Positions 38,640 through 55,750 of a stretch of DNA of 64,000 bases are shown one piece after another (position 1 is the first letter of the stretch; each line of letters begins with the position of its first letter). The position numbers and the translations under genes were made by a program. The notes under the pieces were generated by a model. It had not been told where the DNA came from. It was given only the letters and a program-made list of their open reading frames with translations, and searched no databases. The stretch is from the NCBI RefSeq assembly GCF_009914755.1, contig NC_060930.1; one strand, given 5' to 3'. The DNA comes from the human T2T-CHM13v2.0 reference genome, Homo sapiens.

Positions 38640-40697
38640 CAAACTGAATCATTAGAGGGTCATATTCAATGTATTGTTATACTCATAAGGGCCCAAGGTA
38701 AAGGCCCTCTATTTTCATTTGAATTGATTCAGTGTCCTCAATAGCTCCACCATACACTGTTTCTCCAATTTCTGTATACAAAACTCAATACCCCTGTATA
38801 CCTATGGCTTAAAGGAACACTCTAGATTTTTACCTCCAAAGTCCGCTAGATGCTTCATGTGCTTTTCTTTTTTTTTTTTTCTCTTCCCTCCCCCAGTCTC
38901 CCACTGCCTTTTCAGACAGTCCCTTGCTTCCCCAGGTGAGCCTCCTTTCATCAGTAGATTTCCTCTGTTTCACACCCACAGCTGGGAATCAGCCTTGCCA
39001 CTTCCAAATTGTAGGTGACTTCAAGGATCGTGGCCAAGATAGTCCCCTGAACCCTACTTACCCGGTGAGCAGGACAGATCTGATAGATCCTCCCTAACTA
39101 GTCAAGTCCAGAATTCATGCCCACAGCAGTCAAGGCCAGGAGAGAAGTTGCTCTTCCAGAACACAGTCTCATGAGGGCTGAGTTCTACAAGATTTTTCAC
39201 AGTGATGGAGGCTTGGACTCCACCTGGTGGGTTGTGAAGAGCCAGTTCTTAGTGATCTCGTGGTTAAAGCAGAGGCCTGCACCCTGGGTGAAACCATTTT
39301 ACACTATTTTATTTTATAAACACTAGGAAGGAGGGGGTTGCACATTTTTCTCAGGAGCTCTAGACTGAAGCTCCAAGCCTAATTCCAAAGAACCTTTTCA
39401 TATTTATTCACCCTGAAATAAGAGATTTTAATTTGAGCTGACAATCTGACATTTCATTAGAATTAAAATCATGTAAAATCAATTCATGTTACCAGGATTG
39501 TTTATTACAGAGAAGGAATGAAAAAAAAAAAAAAATAGCCCAACAGTGGCAGATCTCACTAGTGGTTATATAGACAAGACAGCTTTCTTTGCTACTGATG
39601 TAACAAATCCACCTGGTACCTCTGAAACCTCTCTCCTTGGTCATCTCCATGATGTTATCTCCACATTTATTGTGACCTGGAACCCTTGGAGTACTGTTTC
39701 TGGTCCTTAGAGGCACTTTTACCCCTGCCCAGGCTGGCAGTGATAGATGCCATGTCTTATTCAACCAGAGGTTATTTCAACCAGAGTTCTGCTAAACTAT
39801 TCTACCAGTTTGGTACCTGGGTATAGTTTCTGCAGTGGCTCAGGATGGGTTAGATCCAGGCAGGATTAGGGCAAGCTCCAGGAACCACTCCCAGCTAGTT
39901 AAAACATTATTTCCATGTGAGCTAATGCCATTCCTACGGCTTTTCATGGAAACAGCTCAGCATTATCTAGCAACATCTGGAATGACTCCCCCTGCACCCC
40001 ACCAAGTGTGAACACTGTGGGAGACTTTTACTTCTGGTGACCCTTTGCCCTGTAGATGTGAAGATCACTGTGACTGCATTTATCCATGTGGACAAATGAG
40101 TTCGTACGTGTAAAAATCTTTGAGGCTGAGGCCAAACAAGGCCCCTTTCAGAAACGCAGACTTTTCCCACCCTTCATTCCTCGTAGCTCACAGCTATTTT
40201 TACAGCAGTGCTAGAGTCTGAAGTTTTGGGAAGAAGCCAAATATTTTGGGTGTGTCTGTACAAACTCGAAGATCTTTGGAAAAAAACAGCAAAACAATTT
40301 TCTTTTCCCTGGCTTCTAAGCATTTCTGTTAATCTGTATCATCCATGTGAGTCTAACATGAAATTGTTTTACATTTTGGGGGATAGGCCGTGTTTTAATA
40401 TTCTCTGTAATCTTGCTTTTCCATCACTCTTGAGCCTTTTATTCTACTGCCAAATCATTGACCTGTCTAACCTTTGCTGCAGGAATAAACTCTGACCTTC
40501 ATGGAAATTCTACCACCTCAGTAAAGGAAAACTTTAGCTCCAGCTAAGCCTAGAATCCTGCAAGGAAAGGAAGCTGAAATGAGATTTTTATTGGAATAAG
40601 GTACACTCCAATGGTTTACTCAAAATCAAGATTTAAAATAATTTCTTTTGTTAAAAAAACTGTCTCTAGGGTTATTATTTTGAAATATGTATCATTA

Positions 40698-41058
<361 letters not shown>

Positions 41059-41572
41059 AACTCGATGTTTTCTCATAGTGCACAGATCCTAATTTCAAAT
41101 CTCACAATCTTATGATAATGACTATTATTCTTAATATCACTAATATGAAAAAGCTACTTCATGAATTAGTCTTTCTCTTCCGTATCTATCCAATTCACTA
41201 GATATGTTGTGATAATGCTTTTACAAACATTTAATTTCATGACCTATGGAGGCTTTATTAAGATGGGCATGATTCCAAGTACCATAGAAAAAGTTTTTTT
41301 TTTAATGGACAATATCAAGTCATACTATTATACATGTTTGCCAAAGTGTTATTTGATTTGCAGGGAAGGCTTTACATATCAACTTGATGTCAAAGAGTCA
41401 TTAGCCGATACGGAAGCTGAGACAGAGTCTCCAGTAGTTAAGTTCAGATTCTGGATCAAGTTCTTGGCTACTGATAACAGGGATGGTGGAGCTGTCCCAT
41501 GGAAGAGCAGAGTGAGGCCATCTTTCCAGCCCTACAGTCTGAGATCTCTAGAATGTGGAGTAGAAATCATTA

Positions 41573-41999
<427 letters not shown>

Positions 42000-42184
42000 T
42001 GTATGTTGAGAACCTACCACATGCTGTGAGACATTTCAAAAAGAGGAAGACTGGGTCTTCCTTGCCTTGCTGCCCAGCCTTTCTAGAGAGCTAACACTTT
42101 GACACAAACTCAGAGACTGGCAAGAACATGTCTACCTGCTGACTGAGTAGTTCATGATATTTATGCTCTAGGATAGGGCATCAT

Positions 42185-42335
42185 GATGATCACAGTCCCC
42201 TGGGGAGTTTATTAAAAATGCAGACCACTTGTACATCAGCCCACGGAGGTTCTGATTTAGTGAGTGTGGCACAGGGCTCAGGAATCTGCATTTTTCACCA
42301 GCACTTGTGGTTTACAGATGCTACCGATCAAAGCT
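42185..42335. mobile_element. MER5-like DNA transposon fossil
   Basis: CCTGGGGAGTTTATTAAAAATGCAGA..GGTTCTGATTTAGTGAGTGTGG..GGCTCAGGAATCTGCATTTTT. Confidence 0.65.
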
Positions 42336-42560
42336 GTAGCATTTACATTAGCTTTCATCTGTTAAGAAAGTATTAGGCAGGAGAGACTGGTCCCAGCTAA
42401 TAAGATTTGCTCAGAATCCATACACTGTAAGGTAGCTCTGAGGATTAATGGACTTAAAAAAAATGCATGCATACACCCATCTGTATAGAAAAATTAAGGT
42501 ACCTGCATGGATATTCACCAGTTTGATTTCAGTTTGGAAAATAGTAATACCCTTTGGTAA

Positions 42561-42889
<329 letters not shown>

Positions 42890-43428
42890 ATATGAGAATT
42901 ATTTTAAGGGGGGAAAAAACAGCAGGAAGCTGTTCTCAAACTCTTTCACCTGGATTCTAAAAATCACTCAAATCTATTGTGAAGACTTGTGGCAGAAAGT
43001 CTCCATGTTATATATCCATAAGGAGGTTGTATGCGTTTAAGGAAGGGGAGAATAAGAAGAGCTCTGACGAGTTAAAATTGGGTCATTTGCTTCTCCAACA
43101 GTGCGTGAAGTACAATTGTTATCACTGAGTGTAGGAGAATGTTCAGACCCCTGAAAGAGGGGGTAGCGTATTCTTGACACACACATTTCATTTCCAATGC
43201 TTGGCAGTGCTATTTTCAGAGTTTCTAAACTGGCATAGGTTTGAGTTGGCAGCTAGTTAGTGAAGGTGGAATATGTTAATAGATTCAGGTGGCGTGACCC
43301 AAAGGCAGGTGACTCTTACATTATAGATAAAACCTCTGGCTTTCAAAATGTCTCCACCCTCACCCCCGCTAGCCTTCCACACTCCGTGTAAACTGGCCAT
43401 AATTTCTTAAGTTCCTATAAGAGAAAAC

Positions 43429-43626
43429 AGTGCCTTCCTCTAAAACTCCCTGAGCTGCATCAGCACGTGGACGGATAATGCATGCTAGGCACAGGAAACA
43501 GACCTCAGACCTTACCTTAATATTCTTATTCAGTGGTGCCGGGTGAAGCCAGGAATTTGCATTTTAAAAAGTACCCAGGGAGTTTCTGATGAGGGGGATG
43601 CTTGGACTACATTTTGACACATTCTG
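43429..43626. mobile_element. MER5-like DNA transposon fossil
   Basis: ATTCTTATTCAGTGG..GCCAGGAATTTGCATTTTAAAAAGTACCCAGGGAGTTTCTGATG..GGACTACATTTTGA. Confidence 0.55.
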
Positions 43627-44706
43627 TGTAAAGATACGCATGCCTGAGGCTGGATCCTTTCTTCAGAAGAAGAGGGAACCCTGGGCCCATAAATCATGGG
43701 GAAGGGCAGAGATATGGAAGCTCAGGGCATAATACCACCTCCTTTGCTGTTTTTTTCAAGATTAGCCTTTGGTAATCCTCTATATTAGACAGCTGTTTAA
43801 AATACAGAAACAGATGACAAAGATAGGAAAAGAGCTTCACCTTCTTAAACTCAGTATGGATGAGATCACAGGATGGGATGGCTTTTTATCAGAGGAGCAG
43901 GGTTCAAAGGCTTTATGTTTGTAACTCAAGGAATAAGCATTAGCTGCGGTTGGTCTGGAGCATGAAGCACCAGCCAGGGGCCAAGCCTCCCGGCTCAGCC
44001 GGGGGCACCCACTCTTCTGCCTTCTTTCTTCACCAGGAACATGCACTCTTCGAGTTCTGAGATCCCAGGTGCTTTGCCGTGAGAAAGATGAGGACTGGGC
44101 TTGTGACCTCTGACAAGGAAAATGCCTGGCAGGAAATCTAATTTCTGTCAGGCTTTCCAGGAGCAGCATGGGCCTCAGAAGGCCTGAGGGAGTGGAAATG
44201 GGCTGGTCCTGAGACAGAAGGGACAGGCCTTCCTGGTCAGGATTGAGGCACCCAGGAAGAGCTGAAGCTGGACAATCTCAAGAGACGAGCCATCCGGGAG
44301 AAGATGCTGGAGCCCTTCCATGCAAAGCTGAGAGGGGAGCTCAAGGCACATTGGAGGCATGATTGGAGCCCACAGCAGGAGGGCCGCGGGCCCTGGGACA
44401 GGAAGCTTCTCTGCTTCTCTCTGGTATCTACGTGGGTCACGGGCTGATACGTGTAAGAGTCCCTAGTTATGTAGTAAGTCCTCAAGTCAAGCAAAATGAG
44501 ATGTCCCCTGATACATTTACTCCCAACACTTAATCCCAATGATTTCTATGATACATAGACTATATTTGTGCCAATAAGCCTACAGTAACTTAGTTTGCAG
44601 GTAAAAATCCCCATTTGTGTACACATAACTTATTTTAGAGCACACATTTGATTATACATTTGAAATCAGAATTAGGGGCCAATTATGAGAAATGGAAAAA
44701 ATAAGC

Positions 44707-44989
44707 TTTTTTATTTTTTCAGACAGGGTCTCACTGTGTCACCCAGGCTGGAGTGTAGTGCTGCGATCATAGCTCACTGCAGTCTTGACCTCCTGGGCTC
44801 AAGCAATCCTCCTATGTAGCTACGACTACAGGTACACACCACCATACCTGGATAATTTTGAAAATTTTTTGTAGAGATGGGGGTCTTGCTGTGTTGCCAG
44901 GCTGGTCTTGAACTCCCGGCCTCAAGCAATCCTCCTGCCTTGGCCTCCTAAAGTGCTGGGATCATAGGCATGAGCCACCATGCCTGGCT
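44707..44989 (-). mobile_element. AluJ
   Basis: AGACAGGGTCTCAC..CTCCTGGGCTCAAGCAATCC..GGTCTTGCTGTGTTGCC. Confidence 0.88.
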
Positions 44990-45539
44990 TACTTTTCTTT
45001 CTTGATAAAGGTTATCGTGCCTTGGAATTCACTTTGTTGGTTTAAGAAGTAAACAATATGATAGGTGAAAAGAGCTAACTTGTTCTGTAAACAGTAGGCA
45101 TTGTCTTGGGTGTTGGGAGAAATGGGAATTAAAAGGTGGTAACTTAGAAGATTTAAGAGATCTTCCAAATCTAAATCATTAGTTTCAAAGATGGAGATGT
45201 GATTTCCAGTGTGGTCAAGGGATTTGCTCAGGTAGAGCAGCCTGTGGAACCCAAGCCTTCAACTGTGGTCCATTGTTTTACTACTGTTTATATTCCAGGC
45301 CATATCGGGCACAGAGTAAATTGTGTCTACACACCAGGACTTCTGCTGCCAAAGCCACAGACTCAGAAATGGTAGATGGGGAGATGCAGGAGAGGTCATC
45401 AAGGCCTCCGGTCATACTTTTACAGACAAGCAAAGTGGTTTGGAGAAGGGAAGGAAGGGAAAGAAACTACCATCAGGTAGAGCAACTAAGGACAGAACTA
45501 GTGTCAACAGGAAGTTGCAACAAAGTACTGTAGGAAGAA

Positions 45540-46400
45540 ACCACATTCGGGAATTGCATGACATTTTAGGAAGAAATAGCATCACTTGGAAGGACCCTGA
45601 AGAAAGAAAGGGATAAAAAAGTCAGATGGGGAAGCAAGGGAAGGGACAAGAGCTCAGAATGCCATAGACATGCTTGAGATGTTTGTGGCCTGGTTCGTTG
45701 TCATAGATAAAGCTGAAAGATTGCCTGGAGCCAGGGCACGGGGCTGTTGTATGTCAGGCTCAAGGTGTGTCACAGTGTGTCACTGATGTGATTGGACGGG
45801 TGAGTGCTATGATCAAGCCCATGTTTTAGGAGGATTCATCTAGAAGCAACAGATAGGATGGATACACGCAGGGTAAGAATGGAGTTTGATTCTTGCCGTA
45901 GTAAAGGGAAGTGTTAATGAGGATGTGAACTGGGGCAGTGGCAATTATGACCTTTGGGATACACAAGCTGGAAGTGAAGCTGGGTCTGGTCAGGGGACAG
46001 GATGAGTTTGGTTTTGAAACTAGTGCATTTGAGATGCTGACGGGCCGTCCCCATGGGAATGTCCAGCTGGCAGCAGAGAAAATGAGCCGGATGGTAGGAG
46101 CAGTGGATTCGAGAACAGATCCTAAGGAGCTCCTGTGTTTAAGGCCAGGGGAAGGAGAGGGATGAGGGAAGGAGACAGAAAAGGACGCATCCCATGTGTG
46201 AGGGACCACTGAAATACAGCATCACAGAAGCCAAGGAATCAAAGAATTTCAAGGAGGAGGAGGAGCAGTAGCAGTGTCACCTGCTGCAGCAAGGCCAGGG
46301 CTCATGATCCCTGGGGCTGGGGACATCGCTGGTGTCAGCCATACAGGCAGCGTGTGCAGAACAACTCAGAACCTAGGCATTGAAGCAAAGGAGAAATTTA
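45540..46400 (-). mobile_element. L2 fragments
   Basis: GATGAGTTTGGTTTTGAAAC..TTTGAGATGC..GGAATGTCCAG..GGCAG; CATCACAGAAGCCAAGG..TTTCAAGGAGG..CAGTGTCA..TGCTGCAG. Confidence 0.65.
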
Positions 46401-46443
46401 AGCTTAGGCCAAGGGAGTAGTATAGCTGAGGGAAGGATTTTGA

Positions 46444-46865
<422 letters not shown>

Positions 46866-47072
46866 TAGGCCTGTCTGTCAGTGAGGGATAAGGAGAGAGT
46901 GCAGAGACTGAAGATGTGAGCCGGCTGGGTCCGTGGAAATGGTTCAAGGACGGTTGGAGAAGGTGGAATGAACAAAAAGCCTTGGCTCAGGAGAGGCCCA
47001 CTTTTCCTTCAGAGACAAGATGGAAGCTGCTGGTAAAGCTACAGAGGAAGTTAGAAGAAAAAAGATGTTGTT

Positions 47073-47830
<758 letters not shown>

Positions 47831-48029
47831 TGAGAAGAGAGAGAGAGGATGACCTTAATTTTTCAGTCAAGTAGAGGGTGAGGGTGAGGGCTGAGAGGTG
47901 GGCCCTTTGTGCATGAAGATTCAGCAAGAAGAGCTTTTGAGCACCCGTATCAGGGAATCCATAGCAAGCCCAGGAGAACTGGGGGCCAGAATGGGCCAGT
48001 CGAGGGGTGGAGATAAGTGAGCCTCCTTT

Positions 48030-48573
48030 CTTGGTAAATCCTAATCCTATCATGACCCTTCTTTGCTTAAATCTCATCAATGGCTTCTCATTTTTCTGAG
48101 GATAAAATTCTAGCTTCTCACCAATACCTCTCAGGCCAGGCATAAGCAGAGCCCTGCTCTGCCCTCCCACCCTGTCCCACACCACAGTTCCCCAAAAGTC
48201 CTTGCTTCAGCCACATGGGCCTTTGTGGGCCTTCAAATGTGTCAGGTGCATTCCCTCCCCAGGGCTTTTGCAGATGCTGCTCCCTCTCATCCTTCAGGCT
48301 TCAGCGTGAACGCCTCTCCTGAGCAGCGCCTCCTCAGGCCACTGCTGTTGGAATGGCCTCCCTCTTCCCATCTTCCTTCATCCCAGCACGTCCTTCATAG
48401 CCCTGGTCACATTGTGCAATGGTATCTGTGTGTCGTCTGTGGCTGTCCCTCTACTAGTCTGTAAATGTGACGGATGTAGGGACCTCTGGGTCTGTCCTGA
48501 CTCTATATCTCCAGTGCCCAATAAAGCTTTAGGAAACTTGGTAAATATTGGTTAAATGAATGAATGAATGAAT
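48030..48573 (+). mobile_element. L2a 3' end
   Basis: CTTAAATCTCATCAATGGCTTCTCATT..GGATAAAATTC..AGGGCTTTTGCAGATGCTG..ACTAGTCTGTAAATG; ends TAAATATTGGTTAAATGAATGAATGAATG. Confidence 0.8.
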
Positions 48574-49094
48574 GGACCAATCATCTTGACTTTTCACAAC
48601 AATGTCCAGCAGCCCAGGCATAAGAGAAAAGAAAGCAGACGGTGGTGATAACACCGGACCAGGACTGAGAGTGGGGAGGGTAAGGAATTACCGCTGTGAG
48701 GAAGAACCCTGCTGATGAATGATCCATTCTGAAGCCCAGGTTGGAAAGGGCAGTAATTGCAGCCAGGAAGAGGTAGATGGGCTGGATGAGAGAGGTCGTC
48801 TCAACAAGTGAAGGAATAGACATTCGTCATGCCCAGGTTTGTAATGAAGTGTTCAGTATGTGAGAATGTGTATGAGAAGTTGTGGGGGGAACTCTGGATT
48901 CAAATGAAATGGATTTATGAACCCACTAGGACCTTGAATAGACTGACTGAGACGAAAGTACCCAATCAAGAGATGCAAATATGCATGTTTATTTCATATT
49001 TATGCTCTTCATAGCAAATTGAGGGTTGTCAGGCCAAGGAGCCCATTAGACTCCTGCTCCAATTTACTCTGGGCCCAATATGGCCTGGAACATA

Positions 49095-49265
49095 AACAGT
49101 AGTAAAGGCAACTATTGAGCACTTGCTCTGAATCAGTGCTTGCACTTCACACATTAGCTCATTTAATCCTCACAATAGCCCTCTAGGGTAAGTAATTTTC
49201 TGAAGATCAGAAAGCCAGCAAAGTGGTGGAGCCCCCATTAAACCCAGGCCTCTCTGCCTGCAGTT
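49095..49265 (-). mobile_element. MIR
   Basis: CTATTGAGCACTTGCTCTG..CATTAGCTCATTTAATCCTCACAATAGCCCT. Confidence 0.7.
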
Positions 49266-50528
49266 ACTGGACTTTTCCCATTCAGCCAGATTGTTACCAA
49301 GCATATGAGCCTTCACATTCATAGTCGCTGCTATTAAGGAGATTACAATCCTAATGCATTTGCAGAGGGGATTGAAATTGAAGGTAAACTCTTACAAGGT
49401 TTACAGAACACATATCTTCTATGTGCTCATATGAGACAAATAGTTCACCCAGCACGCAACGTTTATTACCAAATTACTTGAATTTGGGCCTAAAATGTTT
49501 TTTTTTGCTAAGGAGTCTTTAAAAATATCTTGCCTTGAAAAGGATCTTAGAGAAATTCCTTGATTACTTGACTGGAAAACCTGCATGAAAGTGCCACACA
49601 CGGAGCCCCATTTACAGCCATTTTTTCTCCCTTTTTTGAGCACCAAATGGTATCTTTGGCATTCTGCAGATTGGACATAAGGTGTTGCCTTCGGGGCCAT
49701 AAAACGAGAGTGACAATTTTCTGCTCCACTTAATGCTATACCCAATTTTAGTTTTCTGTTTGTAAAAAAAAAAAAAAAAAAAAAAATTATCAGGACCTGT
49801 AGTATAGGGAGCAGACTTTGGGTGGGGTTTTGTTGAAATTCCTGCTTGGTAGCTTAGAAGGAAAAAGGCAGATCAAAGTGAAGTAATGTGAGGAAATGTA
49901 AATATGAGGGTTGGTGGTGGTGGTGACCCTGGGGGAAGTGGCTTGGAGAGGATGATGAAATGCCATTCCATCTGACAGCAGATTTCCAAATAGAAGTGTA
50001 TTTTCACCACTGGCTCACATGTACATAGTCAATGGAATGGATTATTTTTGCAAAAGTGAGTTCAGAAAATCTATTTTGATAATATTCATTCAATCTGCTT
50101 TGCTTTCCTGTTGATGTCAATATTTTCCAGCACAGGCAAGTGCTCATAAGACACACACAGGGTGCAGTCCTAGGCAGGAAGGCTTCAAAATCAGTCTCCT
50201 TTGTACAAGGCAGAGACACTTCCATTTGGGATCTGCTAGACTAGTTTTGAATCCTCCCGATAATAATCATGGCCCCAAAAGAAATCAACTGGAACTTCGA
50301 GAGATTTCTGCCCCCTTTCCCAACTCTTGCTGAACCGGTTAGTAAATGGTCGTATAAGCAATAAAGATATTAATATGCTTAAGAGTTGAATGGAGAATTG
50401 CTGTTGCATGGCAGAAGGAGTGTTCATGTTATGGCTCCCTGATTTATTTTTTCTTATTTTCATTTACATCTGTACTGCTCTTGAAGTGGCAGCAACATAC
50501 ATTCAATAGATTAATGTCAAGAATACAA

Positions 50529-50786
50529 GGCCAGGCACGGTGGCTCATAACTGTAATCCCAACACTTGGGGAGGCTGGGGCAGGTGGATTGCCTGAGCTC
50601 ACGAGTTCAAGAACAGCCTGGGCAACATGGCGAAACCCAGTCTCTATGGAAAAAAAAAAAAAAAAAAAAAAAAGCTGGGTGTGGTGGTGCATGCCTGTTG
50701 TCCCAGTTACTCAGGAGGCTGAGGTGGGAGTATCACTCGAGCCCACAAGGCGGAGGCTACAATGAGCTGAGATTGTGCCACTGCAC
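50529..50786 (+). mobile_element. AluJ, 3'-truncated, with A24 central linker
   Basis: GATTGCCTGAGCTCACGAGTTC; A-run 50650-50673; ends at CCACTGCAC without a tail; AAGAATACA on both flanks. Confidence 0.85.
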
Positions 50787-51098
50787 GAATAGAAAAGAAT
50801 ACAGTAGATTGGTTTAAATGGATCCCTCTCGTCTTAATCAGATCATAGCTGTGTGGGAAAGAAATTAAGCTATTAATAACTCAAGAATTTGGACAAGACT
50901 TACCTAGAGGGGAGTGACTGACAAACAAGACATTTTGCTTTTGCTTTTAGTCATAAATAATGCAGATTTCTGTGTGTTACTATGAGACTCTCACACCTCC
51001 CTCTAAGCATAAAGCTGACCGTAAACAACCTGTGGGAAGCCGCTTGTGGTTTCAGTGGATACCCACACTCTTCTATCCGTGATTTTAAAATACAAAGA

Positions 51099-51525
51099 TG
51101 TATTAGTTTGCTAAGGCTGCTGTCATAAAATACCACAAACTGTGTGGCTTCAACAACAGAAATGTATTGTCTCACAGTTCTGGAGGCTGGAAGTCTGAGA
51201 TCAAAGCGTTATGGGATCTGTTCCTTTCGGGGCCGGTGAGGGCGAATGCGTTCCAGGCTTCTCCCCTGGCTTCCGGTGGTTTGCTGCCCATCGTTGTTGT
51301 TCCTTGGCTGGTAGAGGCATCACCCGGATCCCTGCCTTCATCCTCACAAAATGATCTCCCTGTGTGCCTGAGACCGTATTCAAATTTCCCCTTTGTATAA
51401 GGACAGCAGTCAGATTGTAGTAGTGCCCTCCCTAATGACCTCATTCTAACTTGATTACCTCCACACCAACTCTGTCTCTAAATACAGTCACAATTAGGGT
51501 GGGAGACACAATTCAAACCATAACA
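51099..51525 (-). mobile_element. MLT1C-like MaLR solo LTR
   Basis: TGTATTAGTTTGCTAAGGCTGC..CAATTCAAACCATAACA; perfect 5-bp TSD AAAGA (51094-51098 / 51526-51530). Confidence 0.9.
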
Positions 51526-51593
51526 AAAGAGTTGGCCTCTTGATTTAGGAGCTGATGAGCTAGTTTATAGATTGTATAGGCTCTTGATTTCTC

Positions 51594-51601
<8 letters not shown>

Positions 51602-51636
<35 letters not shown>
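51602..51636. repeat. Poly(T)35
   Basis: Directly visible; no TSD or element body recognised. Confidence 0.95.
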
Positions 51637-51640
<4 letters not shown>

Positions 51641-53369
51641 CCTAGTTTTGTGTAAGAAAAGTTAGATAAAGAAAAGGGGAAAGATGAAGTTGAAGCCGTG
51701 GTCTCTCACACTGTTGCACTGAGCTTTGGTATCAGGCCGGGGGTCAAAATGCGGCTTTTAGTTCGTGGTGTGTGCAGATGGCCTCTTGTCACAGTCGTAG
51801 ATACACAGTGGTGGCTGCATTAAGTCTAGAATGCCAGACCTAATTACAAATGACAGTGATGAAGTCAGGATTGTAATCCAATTTAAAATGGGGACCCACA
51901 ATATACAATATATCCCAGCGATGCTCACTGCTGTGCGATTCAATCATTTGACAGCTTCATCCAGTGTGCGGCCACGGCTGGTATTGCTTTAGGCTGTAAG
52001 GGTGTGAAGAAGGAGACCTCAGGGGACCCCCGACTCCATGGGGCAAAGCTGGGGCATCCCTACCCGGAGGCGCAGGGCCCAGGACAGTGCTGACGTACTG
52101 TCTGTGTCTGTGCTTGCTATAGATTGTGGCGCGTTGAGCACATGGGGACAGAGCTGACTGGCTTCCTATTAACCAACATTTTTACTCACGGGTCAGAAGG
52201 TGATGCGGCTCTTATAGAAACTCACCCCACACATCCCCACACCATTTTTTCTTCTCACCCATTCTCAAGACCTCACCCATGTGAGACATGTCTACTTTTC
52301 TCCATCTTCCCATCTCAGTAACTTATTTTAAGATAAATCATTTTAACAGCTTTCTCCTAGGGAAATTATTCTGAAATTTCGAGCAACAGCGTTTTTCCAG
52401 AACATTCTAAGACTCAGCAGTAACTTTTTAAGGGGGAAGACGTTTTAAAAAGAAATTTCATTTTACTAACTGCCACACTGCATAGCTTTTCTAGGGCTGT
52501 GGTTAGATTTACGGGAGAGAGGCACCAGAGTGGATTACAACACAGGACTGACCTTTTACCACCCGGCTGAAGCTCGAAAAACAAAACCAAATCCCATCTT
52601 ACTAACCATACCTGCGTCTTTTCTGGGAAATACCCCAGAATACAAGTTTGTTTGTTTTTTAAGATGGTTTTCCTTCCCTGAGAGAACAATCCTGAAACTT
52701 AAGTCAATAAAGTTCTCATGCTACATAAGCATTTTGCCTCCTCGGGTCAGACTTGAGGCCTTTTCCCCCCTTTCTTCTCGAACATACATCAAGTGCCTTA
52801 GATCACGGTGCATCCTAGGCAGGTTATGCCATTTTAATCTCATAAATATGAAAATAAAAGACATAATCAGAGCAAAAACAGGACTTTTTATTTTTAAACC
52901 AAAGGAAGCCAAAATAGCAACAGAGAAGAAAGGAAATTAATTAGGACCGTCTCTGGGGCCAAGGTGCATTTGCCCTAGTTCTTTTTTTACTTTTCCCACT
53001 GTTTTTCTTCCTCCCCATTCCACAGCACTCAGCATCTTCTATCTTGTCTCCCTTGGTGTAGCTCTAGTGTTCTAATTCTATCCCATCTTCTTCTACTGAA
53101 ATAATGAACTTTTTAAAGAGAAAATTAAGTGAATGTCTTTGTAGCAATGAACCTCCCCCTCTCGAGAATAAAAGGGAGCTTTGGAGATAAGGCAATGCTT
53201 AACCCAGTGAACGAATTGCTTACTGATGGGGTCAGGTCAGGTGGGGCCAGGGTGGCAGAGCTGACTCTGCCTACTGATATCGGCCATGTTAAGAATAATA
53301 GCTAATATATACTCAACATCTATTACCTGGCTTATATGTTAGCTTGTTTCTATTTTATAACAGCCCTGA

Positions 53370-53702
<333 letters not shown>

Positions 53703-54029
53703 AAAATGGTTTTATTTTACAAGAGAGGAACTGGAGGGTAAAACGGAATTAATTTCGTTGGCAACCTTGTTAGAGTTGGAAAGAGAACCCAGGTCTTTTT
53801 GACCCAAACATTCATCATCACCCTATAGCTAGTAATGATGGGAAGAGAACCAAGAGAACAGGGAGGCAGAGATCACTTAGTGCACTTGAAACAGAGTTAT
53901 TTAAGATTCAGAATGTGGACGTGTCAGGGAAAGTCATTATGTTCCAGTGTTTCTCATTCTCCTTTAGCCATGGGTCAGGGTGAATTTAGACATGGCTACA
54001 GACGAGGCCTGGGAAAAGGTGAAAACCTC

Positions 54030-54750
<721 letters not shown>

Positions 54751-54959
54751 AAACAAACCCTCAAATGTGCATGAATATTCCCCAGCAATGAGATGGGGTT
54801 TAGGAGGCAGGCAGTGGTGGAGAAAGCCAATGATTAGTTAGAGCCGGAGTGAGAGATTAGTGGGCAGAGTGTCAGAGAAGGACACAGGGCATGGAGGGGA
54901 TTGGAGAGAGAAAGTAGCCAGAGGGATCTAGGGTTCCACGCAGGGAGAAAACAAGGGCA

Positions 54960-55200
54960 GTAATGAAGTAACTTGTCTTCTTGTGACTCTCAGCCTCTCC
55001 CTCTTGCTGGTTGCCTCCCGCTGACAGCATGAAAGATAAAGAAAGATGCCAGCTATGTCTGTCCCCTTCTATCAGGCAAACACTATCAGTGACACCCCTA
55101 GCATACTTGTGCTTAGGTCTTATTGGCCAGAACTATGACTCATGGCCACCCAAGGCTAAAAAGGAGGCTAGGAAAACAAGTCAATCAACTGGGATTATAC
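54960..55200. mobile_element. Ancient MaLR LTR fragment (MLT1J/K/L-like)
   Basis: TCTTATTGGCCAGAACTATGACTCATGGCCACCCAAGGCT..GGAGGCTAGGAAA. Confidence 0.55.
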
Positions 55201-55325
55201 CTACAAGGAAGGAGAGCTAGCAGCTATGTCTGCTGCTACTGTTGTCCTTATTCACATATTTGTGTCAACAACTCACCAGATTGCTTTTTACCTGAGACCA
55301 TCAATGTTATAAGAAAGGAATTTAT

Positions 55326-55750
<425 letters not shown>

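Noticed and set aside
44245-44447. Protein-looking frame ELKLDNLKRRAIREKMLEPFHAKLRGELK
   Set aside because: Bounded by stops, no convincing splice sites and no family recognised; could be a decayed repeat. BLASTX would settle it.
51602-51636. Orphan poly(T)/poly(A) runs (also 9005-9031 and ~49763-49786) as tail-only retro-insertions or processed-pseudogene ends
   Set aside because: No flanking TSD or upstream mRNA-like body found; treated as simple homopolymers.
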